NCBI GenBank assembly: GCA_020431915.1
Contig: JAGQHJ010000001.1
Location: 23,044 to 87,043, forward strand
Origin: Cyanobacteria bacterium HKST-UBA04
GTDB lineage: Bacteria > Cyanobacteriota > Vampirovibrionia > Vampirovibrionales > JAGQHJ01
Length of the DNA stretch: 64,000 nucleotides
Reading direction: 5' to 3'
Of this stretch, positions 10,541 to 18,905 are shown in pieces. The position numbers were made by a program, and so were the translations under genes. Numbering within the stretch: position 1 is the first letter of the stretch; each line of letters opens with the position of its first letter. The notes below the pieces were generated by a model. That model did no database searches and was not told where the DNA came from. It saw nothing but the letters and a program-made list of their open reading frames with translations.

Positions 10541-10971
10541 CGTGCGTGCAGAACCTTTCTCTAGTGCATCATCAATCTTGTATAACTGCGGCAGGGCTCA
10601 TACCTGCGCGCCGGGTAAAAACCTGTCCACGAACCGCCAGAAACAGTGTGAGGGGATAATTCGGGCCGAATGGGGCAACCATTTGGCTGAAGCCCTGCTG
10701 GTTTCTGACCGTTTCTCTCTCTCTTTGGGTATATCCGGGCTCAAACAGAAAGCGTGGTCCTCCTCAGCGGTGAGAAGGAGTATGTACTGTACCCGAAAGG
10801 CAGGGCGGATAAAAGCGGGTTTCCTAAAGAAGTCCCCCAAACCGCCCCAAATCCAAGCCTTTCGGCAGTCCCCACCCAATAAACCCGAAGAATGCCGCAA
10901 GCTTAAGGTTTCGGGGTAAGGGCCTTGGCCCACCCCAGCCTTAAAACTTCTTTACAAACCGGTACAAGTTT

Positions 10972-10998
10972 ACTAAATTGTTTTTTTATACTTATAAG
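10972..10998 (+). promoter_or_regulatory. AT-rich motif upstream of the 11187 gene, shared with 33517-33543
   Basis: ACTAAATTGTTTTTTTATACTTATAAG matches the minus-strand motif upstream of the 32146-33462 gene at 22 of 27 positions. Confidence 0.35.
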
Positions 10999-11186
10999 CA
11001 ATTAGAGCCCCCCATATATCCACGTATACCCACGCCTACTATTTTGCCGTAACCCAACAGACGGGTTTGGCAGTTAAAAAATCGCGTGTTGTTGAACCCA
11101 CCGCATTGAGTCGCCCACCCCTTACATTCGTCTAGACCACAGAATTCCCCCACCAGAACCCCTTTACCCGGAGTTTACCCGAAGCA

Positions 11187-12326
11187 ATGGTACAACCCAT
11201 TTCTGCATCACCCACCGTTACGACCGGATTCGGCAATGTGCCCAACCCCGCTGGTTTCTCCAATACCAGCTTTGGGACCCCCGGCCTGCCTACTGGCTTT
11301 GCCTATCCGTCGCCGGGTATCGACCCGCTGTTTCTGCAACAGCCGGCTACCAGCAGCAATGGCTTGAACCGTTTATTAGGCTATGCCGGCGGCATCAACG
11401 TCAACGTCAACTTTGGCCCGCCCACCGATCCGTTGCTGCCCTTCGGCTTCCTGCGGGGCACCCCCTACTTTGGCGGCTCCCTGCCACAATCCGACTCGTT
11501 GTCGCCGTTTATTGGCGGCTTGATGAATGCCGGTATCATTGCCCCTACCTCGTTCTCACCCGGCTCGCAACCTTTCCAGCTGGCCAACGGCGCCGGCCAA
11601 TTCCCTGGTGTTGGCCAATACAACGCCGGTAACCCCTATGCCGCCAACCAGCCGTCTGCTGCCCAACTGCAAGGCCAGGCCAGCGGCAGCCCCTACCCGC
11701 AACAAGCCCAAGCTCCGTACGCAGCCCCGCAGCAAGCGTCGCCCTACGGTGATCCCTACGGTGGCCAGTTGGCAGCCAATCCGTATGGCAACCCCTATGG
11801 CCAAGCCGCAGCCTTGGTCCCCACCTATGCTGCCCGCCCCGATGAAATTCAATCCTACAACCCGCTAGGTGCCACGGCCGCCACCGGCAGCCTGTACAAC
11901 CTCGGTGGCCTGGGTAACCTGCAAGGCCTGGGTAGCCCCATCGGCGCCATTCCAAACGGCTTACCGACGGTTCCATCGCAACTGGGCCTGACCCCACAGG
12001 GCCTGCAAAGTTTACAAGGCCTGCAAGGCCTTGCCGGATTCGGTGGTTTCCCCACCGCCACCGGTTTCCAAGGTGCCCTGCCTGCGCAGCTCGGCGGCCA
12101 AGCCAGCATCCAGAGTTTACTTTCCACGGCCGGTGGCGCCCTGGCAGGCTTGGGCTTGAACGGCCTGAGTTCGCCCTTCGGCAACGGCAGCACAGCCTCA
12201 TCGCAAGGCACAGCGCAACAAGCCACGGCTTCGGGTTCAAGCGGCGGTATCAGCAGCCTCTTCAGCCAGATTTTTCCGATGTTTATGCAGATGTTCAGCG
12301 CCCTAATGCAACAGCTTGACGGCTAA
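11187..12326 (+). CDS. Hypothetical Gly/Pro/Gln/Ala-rich low-complexity protein
   Basis: 379-aa ORF following a promoter-like AT-rich region. No Cys, Lys, Trp or His seen; repeated xPY motifs; amphipathic C-terminal helix. Confidence 0.75.
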   Translation: MVQPISASPTVTTGFGNVPNPAGFSNTSFGTPGLPTGFAYPSPGIDPLFLQQPATSSNGLNRLLGYAGGINVNVNFGPPTDPLLPFGFLRGTPYFGGSLPQSDSLSPFIGGLMNAGIIAPTSFSPGSQPFQLANGAGQFPGVGQYNAGNPYAANQPSAAQLQGQASGSPYPQQAQAPYAAPQQASPYGDPYGGQLAANPYGNPYGQAAALVPTYAARPDEIQSYNPLGATAATGSLYNLGGLGNLQGLGSPIGAIPNGLPTVPSQLGLTPQGLQSLQGLQGLAGFGGFPTATGFQGALPAQLGGQASIQSLLSTAGGALAGLGLNGLSSPFGNGSTASSQGTAQQATASGSSGGISSLFSQIFPMFMQMFSALMQQLDG

Positions 12327-12352
12327 CCCCCCCTCTCTCCTGTCACAAGCCT

Positions 12353-14806
12353 TCAAAGCCGTTCCAGCCGAGCCACCTGCGGATCCAGAAGCTTTTTGCC
12401 CTGGATACCATCGAACTGCACGCTATAAATGGCCTTAGCCCCTTCACCCAGCACCTGCTCGATGGTACCCTGGCCAAACTTGGCATGGCCGACACGGGTA
12501 CCCACCGGCAAGAGCCTGGCGCCTGACGACGCAGTCGTTGACGAGGCCCTTGACGATGACGCCCGGCTGCTGCCCCCCACACGGGCAGCGGAATTTTTAC
12601 GCAACTGGGGTTGACGGCCCTCGTAGTCCAGCGAGCGATCGCTATAGCTCCCGCCCCCGCCATACCCACTACCATAGCGGGCTCCCTCCGAAGAACGACC
12701 ACCGGCATAAAACCGATCACCGCCGCCTTCGGATCGGCTGTCCTGATCCAAACTGTACAGGCCCGTGAGCAGATCCTGCGGTACTTCCTTCAGAAAGCGG
12801 CTGGGCACGGCGTACCGAAGCTCGCCAAACACCAGGCGACGCCGGGCATAGGTTAACAGCAGGCGATCCTCGGCGCGGGTAATCCCCACGTACATCAACC
12901 GGCGTTCTTCTTCCATCTGGCTGTTGTCGGTTTGCGACCGGCTATGGGGGAAGAGCCCTTCCTCAAGGCCGGCAATGGCCACAACGGGAAACTCCAGGCC
13001 CTTGGCCGCATGCATCGTCATCAACGTAAACCGATCTTCAGCCGAGGCGGCTGTATCGGTGTCGCTAAGCAGCGACATCTGGGTCAAGAAACTCGCCAAA
13101 TCGCCGTCGGGCACATCAAACAGGTACTGCTTGGCCACGCTGACAAATTCCTCGACGTTTTGCACGCGCCCTTCCATGTCCATCGGGTCGGCGGCCTTCA
13201 GGGCCTCGAGCATGCCGGTTTTTTCGCAGATGTACACAATCCAGTCATCCAAGCTCATGTGCGCTTGCTGGGCCTTCAGTTGTTCAATCAGGCCCACAAA
13301 TTCCTGAATGCTTTTGGTGGCCTTTGCCTTGACGGCCTCGATAGCGTGCACGTTGAGCAAGGCCTCCCACAGGGTGGTGCCTTGGGCAGCGGCGTAGGCT
13401 TCGAGGTTGTCGAGGGTGGTTTTGCCAATACTGCGCTTGGGTACGTTGATAATGCGTTTAATGCTCACACTGTCGGCCGGGTTGAACACCACGGTCAGGT
13501 AGGCCAAGACGTCCTTGATTTCGCGGCGCTCGTAAAAGCGGGTGCCGCCGACCATCGTATAGCTGAGGCCCTTGCTCATAAACACGTCTTCAAAGCTGCG
13601 GCTTTGCGCGTTGGTGCGGTACAAGATACAGCAATCGCCAGGTTTCACCTGGTCGGCATGAACCCAATCGAGAAACTTGTTGATGATAAACAGCGCCTCG
13701 TCGCGATCATCCTGGGCTTCGTAGCAATGGATGGGATCGCCGCCGCCCTTGACGGAGCGCAACACCTTGGGCAGGCGCTCGTCGTTGTGCTCGATAATGG
13801 CATTGGCCATCTGCAAAATATTCTGGGTACTGCGGTAGTTGTCTTCCAGCTTGATGAGCTGCGTGTCGGGAAAATCCTTCTGGAAGTTCAACAGGATTTT
13901 AAAATTGGCTCCCCGCCAACTGTAGATGGATTGGTCCACATCGCCGACCACCGTAAAGCTTCGGTGCTGCCACAACTGGCCATGGCCGGCCACATTTCGG
14001 TTGGCCAGGGTGGTGTTCTCGGCTATCAACCGAACCAGCTCGTACTGGGTGTTGTTCGTATCCTGGAACTCGTCGACCAGAATATGCTGAAACTGCCGGT
14101 GGTAGCGATCCAAAACATCCGGGTGCTGCTGCAGCAACTCGACGGACTTCAGCAGCAGATCATCAAAGTCCAAGGCGTTGTTTTGGCACAGCAGGGTTTC
14201 GTAGACATCGTAAATGCGCGACACCTGCTCCGTGCGAAAATCCCTGGCCTCGCTGGCGTAATCGTAGGCCGACACCATGTCGTTCTTCAAATTGCTGATC
14301 TGGTAGCGAAGGGTTTTGGGGTTATACAGCTTCTCGTCAAGGTTCAGGGCCCTAATGGCTTCCTTGACGACCCCCAGCGAACTGGTTTCATCGTAAATTA
14401 CAAAGTTGCTGGCCCATTGCCGACCGGCCTTGTCTTGGTATTTGCCAATTTCACGCCGCAACAAACGGCCACAGATACTGTGGAACGTGCCTATCCATAA
14501 ACCCAGCTGGTGCTGCGGGGCCCCCAGCAATTGCTCGACACGGGCCGTCATTTCGCGAGCCGCCTTGTTGGTAAAGGTCACGGCCAGAATACTGGACGGA
14601 TAAGCCCCGGACTCAATAAGGTGAGAAATCTTGTGGGTCAGCACCCTGGTTTTTCCGCTACCGGCACCGGCCAATACCAGCACGGGGCCACGCAAGGCTT
14701 CGACCGCCTGGCGTTGGTGTGTATTGAGACTCGATAAATCCAGCCTGGCGGGCGACGGATCTGACGGGTGGGGGTGATCCTGAGTCATTGTCGGTGCAAT
14801 ACCCAT
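12353..14806 (-). CDS. pcrA: ATP-dependent DNA helicase PcrA/UvrD
   Basis: LAGAGSGKTRVLT, VTFTNKAAREM, LVDEFQDTN, VGDVDQSIYSWRGA, NYRST, TMHAAKGLEF, EERRLMYVGITRA, and a C-terminal Tudor-like domain (RVGHAKFGQG). Confidence 0.96.
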   Translation of the reverse strand: MGIAPTMTQDHPHPSDPSPARLDLSSLNTHQRQAVEALRGPVLVLAGAGSGKTRVLTHKISHLIESGAYPSSILAVTFTNKAAREMTARVEQLLGAPQHQLGLWIGTFHSICGRLLRREIGKYQDKAGRQWASNFVIYDETSSLGVVKEAIRALNLDEKLYNPKTLRYQISNLKNDMVSAYDYASEARDFRTEQVSRIYDVYETLLCQNNALDFDDLLLKSVELLQQHPDVLDRYHRQFQHILVDEFQDTNNTQYELVRLIAENTTLANRNVAGHGQLWQHRSFTVVGDVDQSIYSWRGANFKILLNFQKDFPDTQLIKLEDNYRSTQNILQMANAIIEHNDERLPKVLRSVKGGGDPIHCYEAQDDRDEALFIINKFLDWVHADQVKPGDCCILYRTNAQSRSFEDVFMSKGLSYTMVGGTRFYERREIKDVLAYLTVVFNPADSVSIKRIINVPKRSIGKTTLDNLEAYAAAQGTTLWEALLNVHAIEAVKAKATKSIQEFVGLIEQLKAQQAHMSLDDWIVYICEKTGMLEALKAADPMDMEGRVQNVEEFVSVAKQYLFDVPDGDLASFLTQMSLLSDTDTAASAEDRFTLMTMHAAKGLEFPVVAIAGLEEGLFPHSRSQTDNSQMEEERRLMYVGITRAEDRLLLTYARRRLVFGELRYAVPSRFLKEVPQDLLTGLYSLDQDSRSEGGGDRFYAGGRSSEGARYGSGYGGGGSYSDRSLDYEGRQPQLRKNSAARVGGSSRASSSRASSTTASSGARLLPVGTRVGHAKFGQGTIEQVLGEGAKAIYSVQFDGIQGKKLLDPQVARLERL

Positions 14807-15110
14807 TCGCTACGGTGTATCCCTCTTAAGCGGCTCGGCCACTCTCTATCAACTCACCCCAGTGTGCCATTTTCCCGCACACAATACAAGCACCCCACCC
14901 CGCCACCGAAGGCGGCCCCATGCTTGGGGAACTATGATATGCTGTTGAGTTATCTGCTTTCGTGTTACAACCTAGAACGGTGCAACCTGCTTTCACATTA
15001 TGTGTTTGGGCAAACCAACCCCGGCGAAACACACGCCAAATTTTAGTTTCCGGCCGAGCCGACCGGGCCACCGCCATCCGCACCGACAGCGATATAGGAC
15101 GTCCTTATAA

Positions 15111-15725
15111 ATGGTGTTGCAGATTCAATCCGATACATTACCGGCGCTAGACCGGATCGCGTTGTTCTCGGGCGAAGGCGATGCCACGCCCACTGTTGAG
15201 GTCCCGACGGAAGGCACCGCCACCGTTGACGACGATACCCCAGACCCCCATGATCAGCTGTCGGCAGAGTTTAATGCCCTGCAGCAGCCGGCCAAGCACA
15301 TTGCCCTGATTGGCAGCCGAAACATCAGCCTGCCCCACCAGCAATTGATTGAGGCGATGGCCTATATGCTGGTCAAGGAAGGCAACACCATCATTACCAG
15401 TGGGGGTTCAAGCGGCACGAACGCGGCAGCCATTCGTGGGGCCATGCGGGCCAACCCCAAGAAACTCCAGGTGATTTTGCCCCAAACCATTGGCCACCAA
15501 CCGTCCGACGTACAAGACCAGCTGATCGGCATCCCCAATATCCATGAACACGCCGAATGGAACATGCTGACCCTGGCCGACGCCAGCCGCCTGTGCAACC
15601 GCGAGATCATCGACGAAGCCCAGCAGCTGCTAATCTTTTTGACCCACAGCAGCAACACGCTGATTAAAGCCATTGAGTATGCCGAAGAACGGCATAAAAT
15701 CGTCACGGCTTTCTTCCTCGACTAG
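15111..15725 (+). CDS. DprA/SMF-like Rossmann-fold protein (cyanobacterial DNA recombination-mediator A type)
   Basis: HIALIGSRN...LIEAMAYMLV.EGN.IITSGG.SGTNAAAIRGAMRA...LQVILPQ...ASRLCNREII...K.VTAFFLD resembles a family I recall as conserved in cyanobacteria. Confidence 0.75.
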   Translation: MVLQIQSDTLPALDRIALFSGEGDATPTVEVPTEGTATVDDDTPDPHDQLSAEFNALQQPAKHIALIGSRNISLPHQQLIEAMAYMLVKEGNTIITSGGSSGTNAAAIRGAMRANPKKLQVILPQTIGHQPSDVQDQLIGIPNIHEHAEWNMLTLADASRLCNREIIDEAQQLLIFLTHSSNTLIKAIEYAEERHKIVTAFFLD

Positions 15726-15859
15726 CCTGCTCGACTAATTTGCTCAACTAAGCGTGCCATGCACACCCGGAACCCACCGGGTTTATAGCCGTTCTTCCTT
15801 AAAACAGCAACGGCATAAAATCGTCACGGCTTTCTTCCTCGACTAGCCTGCTCGACTAA
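15688..15859. repeat. Perfect 51-bp direct repeat separated by 70 bp, duplicating the gene 3' end
   Basis: AACGGCATAAAATCGTCACGGCTTTCTTCCTCGACTAGCCTGCTCGACTAA at 15688-15738 and 15809-15859. Confidence 0.92.
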
Positions 15860-15875
15860 ACGTGCATGCCCGCCC

Positions 15876-17498
15876 CTAGCTTAAGCCCTCGGGCTGATAC
15901 CCCTGCGGGTACTGCTTGGCCTGGAAGAACGGCGTGGTGTAGGGCGACGAGGCATAACCGCTTCCCGGTGACATCCAGGATGCATAGGTCATCGGTACCG
16001 GGCCGGCACTTACCAGGGGCGAATACGGCGAAGCGGCGGGCATCGGCTCAGCCACTTGATACGTGGGGGTATACACCGGCCGGGAGGGTTCTACCACGGG
16101 CCGGGCCGTCTGCAACTGGTACTCGGGCAGCGGCAGTACCGTATAGCTACCGGGCTGGAAGTTCCGAAACGCCACGGCCCGCTCAACAGCCTTGGACTCC
16201 TGGGAGCCAGCCGGGTCGGAAAAATGTTTGGCCACCGTGTCCTGCAACGTATGCAAGTGTCTTGGCGCGTTGGGCAGGGTCGCGGAATCAACCTGCGGTG
16301 ACACCGCTTGCAGCTTCTTGTTGTGCAGGCGCCGGGTCAACCAGATATTCAACAGCTGGGGGGTAATGGCCAACATCCCAATGGAGATGGCCATGCCGGT
16401 CAGGAACTTGGCGTTCTTAACCCCAATCAGCCGCTTGCGCAGCGCACCGCTGTACTTCGAGATAACCTTGTCGTAAGCGGGAATATCCTGACTGCCGGAC
16501 TTGGCCATCGTGTTGAACTGGTTCTTGAAGGCCGGATCGACCAGAAACCGGTTAAACACCGAGAACCACAACACACTGTTGGCGGCCTTGATAAATTGTT
16601 CCCGAAACTCGTTTTCACCGCGCGACGCATGCATCCAGCCCCCATAGGCCGGTGTCAGCCAAAAAATCAAAATCGGCCAGAACCCGCGAACCTGGTTGCC
16701 GGAGTCCCCGCCCAAATGGAAGGTCTTGTAGGTTCGCTCCAGCAATTGGGACAACGGCTTTCGGGCAGCTCCGTTCAAGCGCCCCCGGGCCATCATGCCA
16801 AACCCCAGCAAGGCGGCAGCGCCCACGGCGGTACCCAGACCCATAATTTTTTGGGCCATGCCTTTCTGGAAAGCCTTTTCCTCTTCCAGGCTGCGGTGGG
16901 GGGCAGGGGAATGGCTGACCGAGGCCGCAGCCTCCGCCCCCTTGCTCAAGCCGATAATCTGGTCAAAGTTGGCGGTCTTCTCCCGACGCAGGGTCATCCA
17001 GTTGCGAAAAAATGCCGCACCCCAAAACGCGGCGGCAAAGGGCACCAGAAAACCAAACGCCGTACCCAGCCGGGCCAGTTTCACGGCGGGTGTCAGCTGC
17101 TCGGGCTTGAGGGTGCCCTTGAGCAGGTGCCTGGGCACGCCGCTAATTTGGCTGCTGACCCACTGCAGAATGGGGGGCAACACCAGCGAACTGCCCAAGG
17201 TTACAGACGTGTTGCTCAACTCAAGCGTGGCCACATCCAGCATTTCCTTGTGGGTGCGGGTGGTGGCCATTTTAGGCAGGTTGAAGCATGTAATGTCCTT
17301 GAACACCAACTCGGCCAAGGGATTACTCTCAAACCACGCAATGCCACGGGTGAGCAACGTGGGGGAAAACCCAAACTGGGGTTGTTTCCCTGCTGGCGGG
17401 CCTTGGCCCAACAACGATATGTCCGCGGCTTGCTCAGGGGGCAGAACCCTTAGGTCAGCCCTGGCCCGGGGCGGTTTGCTCTTTACTAAAGGAATCAA
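15876..17498 (-). CDS. Hypothetical multi-pass membrane protein with Tyr/Pro/Ser-rich C-terminal tail
   Basis: Long ORF with about 5 hydrophobic segments. Probable TTG start at 17498 after AAGGA; the ORF is open to 17660. Confidence 0.7.
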   Translation of the reverse strand: MIPLVKSKPPRARADLRVLPPEQAADISLLGQGPPAGKQPQFGFSPTLLTRGIAWFESNPLAELVFKDITCFNLPKMATTRTHKEMLDVATLELSNTSVTLGSSLVLPPILQWVSSQISGVPRHLLKGTLKPEQLTPAVKLARLGTAFGFLVPFAAAFWGAAFFRNWMTLRREKTANFDQIIGLSKGAEAAASVSHSPAPHRSLEEEKAFQKGMAQKIMGLGTAVGAAALLGFGMMARGRLNGAARKPLSQLLERTYKTFHLGGDSGNQVRGFWPILIFWLTPAYGGWMHASRGENEFREQFIKAANSVLWFSVFNRFLVDPAFKNQFNTMAKSGSQDIPAYDKVISKYSGALRKRLIGVKNAKFLTGMAISIGMLAITPQLLNIWLTRRLHNKKLQAVSPQVDSATLPNAPRHLHTLQDTVAKHFSDPAGSQESKAVERAVAFRNFQPGSYTVLPLPEYQLQTARPVVEPSRPVYTPTYQVAEPMPAASPYSPLVSAGPVPMTYASWMSPGSGYASSPYTTPFFQAKQYPQGYQPEGLS

Positions 17499-17695
17499 AA
17501 CCGGTTCCTTTGAGATGTTTTTTGGAGTGTTGTATCGCTGATTTAGTATGCCAAAAACCAGCCTATAAGTAAACGAGCCATGCCAGCTTGTGGCTGGAAT
17601 CTGTAACGATTTCGTGGTCTTTTGCCACACATCCGGCACCAGGCACCATGGGAGAATCAAACCCCGACCACCCCACCAATTGCCCCCGTAATCGC

Positions 17696-18718
17696 TTAAA
17701 TCAAGCCCACGCTACGCAGGACCACGCCAGTCTGCTCGATGGGATGCTGGCTGTCGGCCTCTACCCGGCTTTTAGTTTCGGGATATCCCGCCCCGGCTTC
17801 GGCTTTCAGGGCCGTCATAAACGAACCCGACCGGATGCGTTCGAGCACCGCCTGCATGGAGGCCTTTACATGGGCATCAATCACCCGGGACCCCTGGGAT
17901 ACATCGCCATAACAAGCCGTGGGACTGATGGCGCGACGCATGCCCGTAATACCGCCTTCGTGCAGCAGGTTGGCCAGCAGCCGGATTTCATGGAGGCACT
18001 CGAAGTAGGCAATTTCGGGGCTATAGCCGGCCTCCGTCAACACCTCAAACGCGGCCTTGGCCAGGTGGCTTAGGCCGCCACACAACACCGCCTGTTCGGC
18101 AAAGAGATTGGTTACCGCCTCTTCCTCGACGGTGGTTTGCAATATGCCGGCCCAATGGCAGCCCAGTGCCCGACCGTAGGCCAGCGCCACGTCCAGGGTA
18201 TCGCCCGTGGCATCGCGGTGCACGGCCACCAGCCCCGGCACGCCCGACTGGCTGAGAAAATGGGCCCGCACCCCCTTGCCCTGGGCCTTGGGGGCCATCA
18301 GAAAAACATTGACCGACTCGGGCGGATCAATCCACCCGGCCAGCAGGGCCAGCCCATGACAAAACCCCAAGTATTGGCCCGGCCTCAAGTTCGGCCTGAC
18401 GTAGGTGTCGTACACCGAGGCAATCGCCGCATCGGGTAACAGCAGCATCACCACGTCACTTTGGGCAACGGCCTCCTCGATGCCGCACACCGTCAACCCG
18501 TCGGCTTGGGCAAGCGCCCTGTTGGCCGAAGCCGATCGCAGTCCCACAACCATCTCCAAACCGGTATCGTGAAGGTTTAGGCTTTGGGGACGGCCCTGGT
18601 TACCATAGCCAATAATGGCCACACGCTTGTTCAGCAGTGGCTCAAGGCTTACGGCATCGTCCCGGTAAAGGGTACGACTAAGGCCTGTTTGCTTCGAAGG
18701 CAGGGAACACGTTGTCAT
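17696..18718 (-). CDS. ilvC: Ketol-acid reductoisomerase (short class I)
   Basis: RVAIIGYGNQG, LLPDA, FCHGL, MAPKAQG, LFAEQAVLCGG, PEIAYFECLHE, ISPTACYG. Confidence 0.93.
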   Translation of the reverse strand: MTTCSLPSKQTGLSRTLYRDDAVSLEPLLNKRVAIIGYGNQGRPQSLNLHDTGLEMVVGLRSASANRALAQADGLTVCGIEEAVAQSDVVMLLLPDAAIASVYDTYVRPNLRPGQYLGFCHGLALLAGWIDPPESVNVFLMAPKAQGKGVRAHFLSQSGVPGLVAVHRDATGDTLDVALAYGRALGCHWAGILQTTVEEEAVTNLFAEQAVLCGGLSHLAKAAFEVLTEAGYSPEIAYFECLHEIRLLANLLHEGGITGMRRAISPTACYGDVSQGSRVIDAHVKASMQAVLERIRSGSFMTALKAEAGAGYPETKSRVEADSQHPIEQTGVVLRSVGLI

Positions 18719-18905
18719 GAAAGGGGTTTCGCAGGTTACCACCGTGTGGCCTTAACTTATCATAAGCACCAAACTTACGGTACAATCTTGCGGTACAATG
18801 CTCAAGCCGTTTTCTGGCACCCTTGTTTAACACCTTAATTGTTCGACATCAGGCACGGCCGTCGTTAATGGAACACTCCCCTGCTAGATAGGATTAACCC
18901 GACCC

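Noticed and set aside
12635-12642. GCGATCGC (cyanobacterial HIP1 octamer)
   Set aside because: I noticed only one copy; there is no sign of over-representation.
15688-15859. CRISPR interpretation of the 51-bp repeat
   Set aside because: Only two copies, the repeat is a coding 3' end, the spacer is 70 bp, and no cas genes are present.
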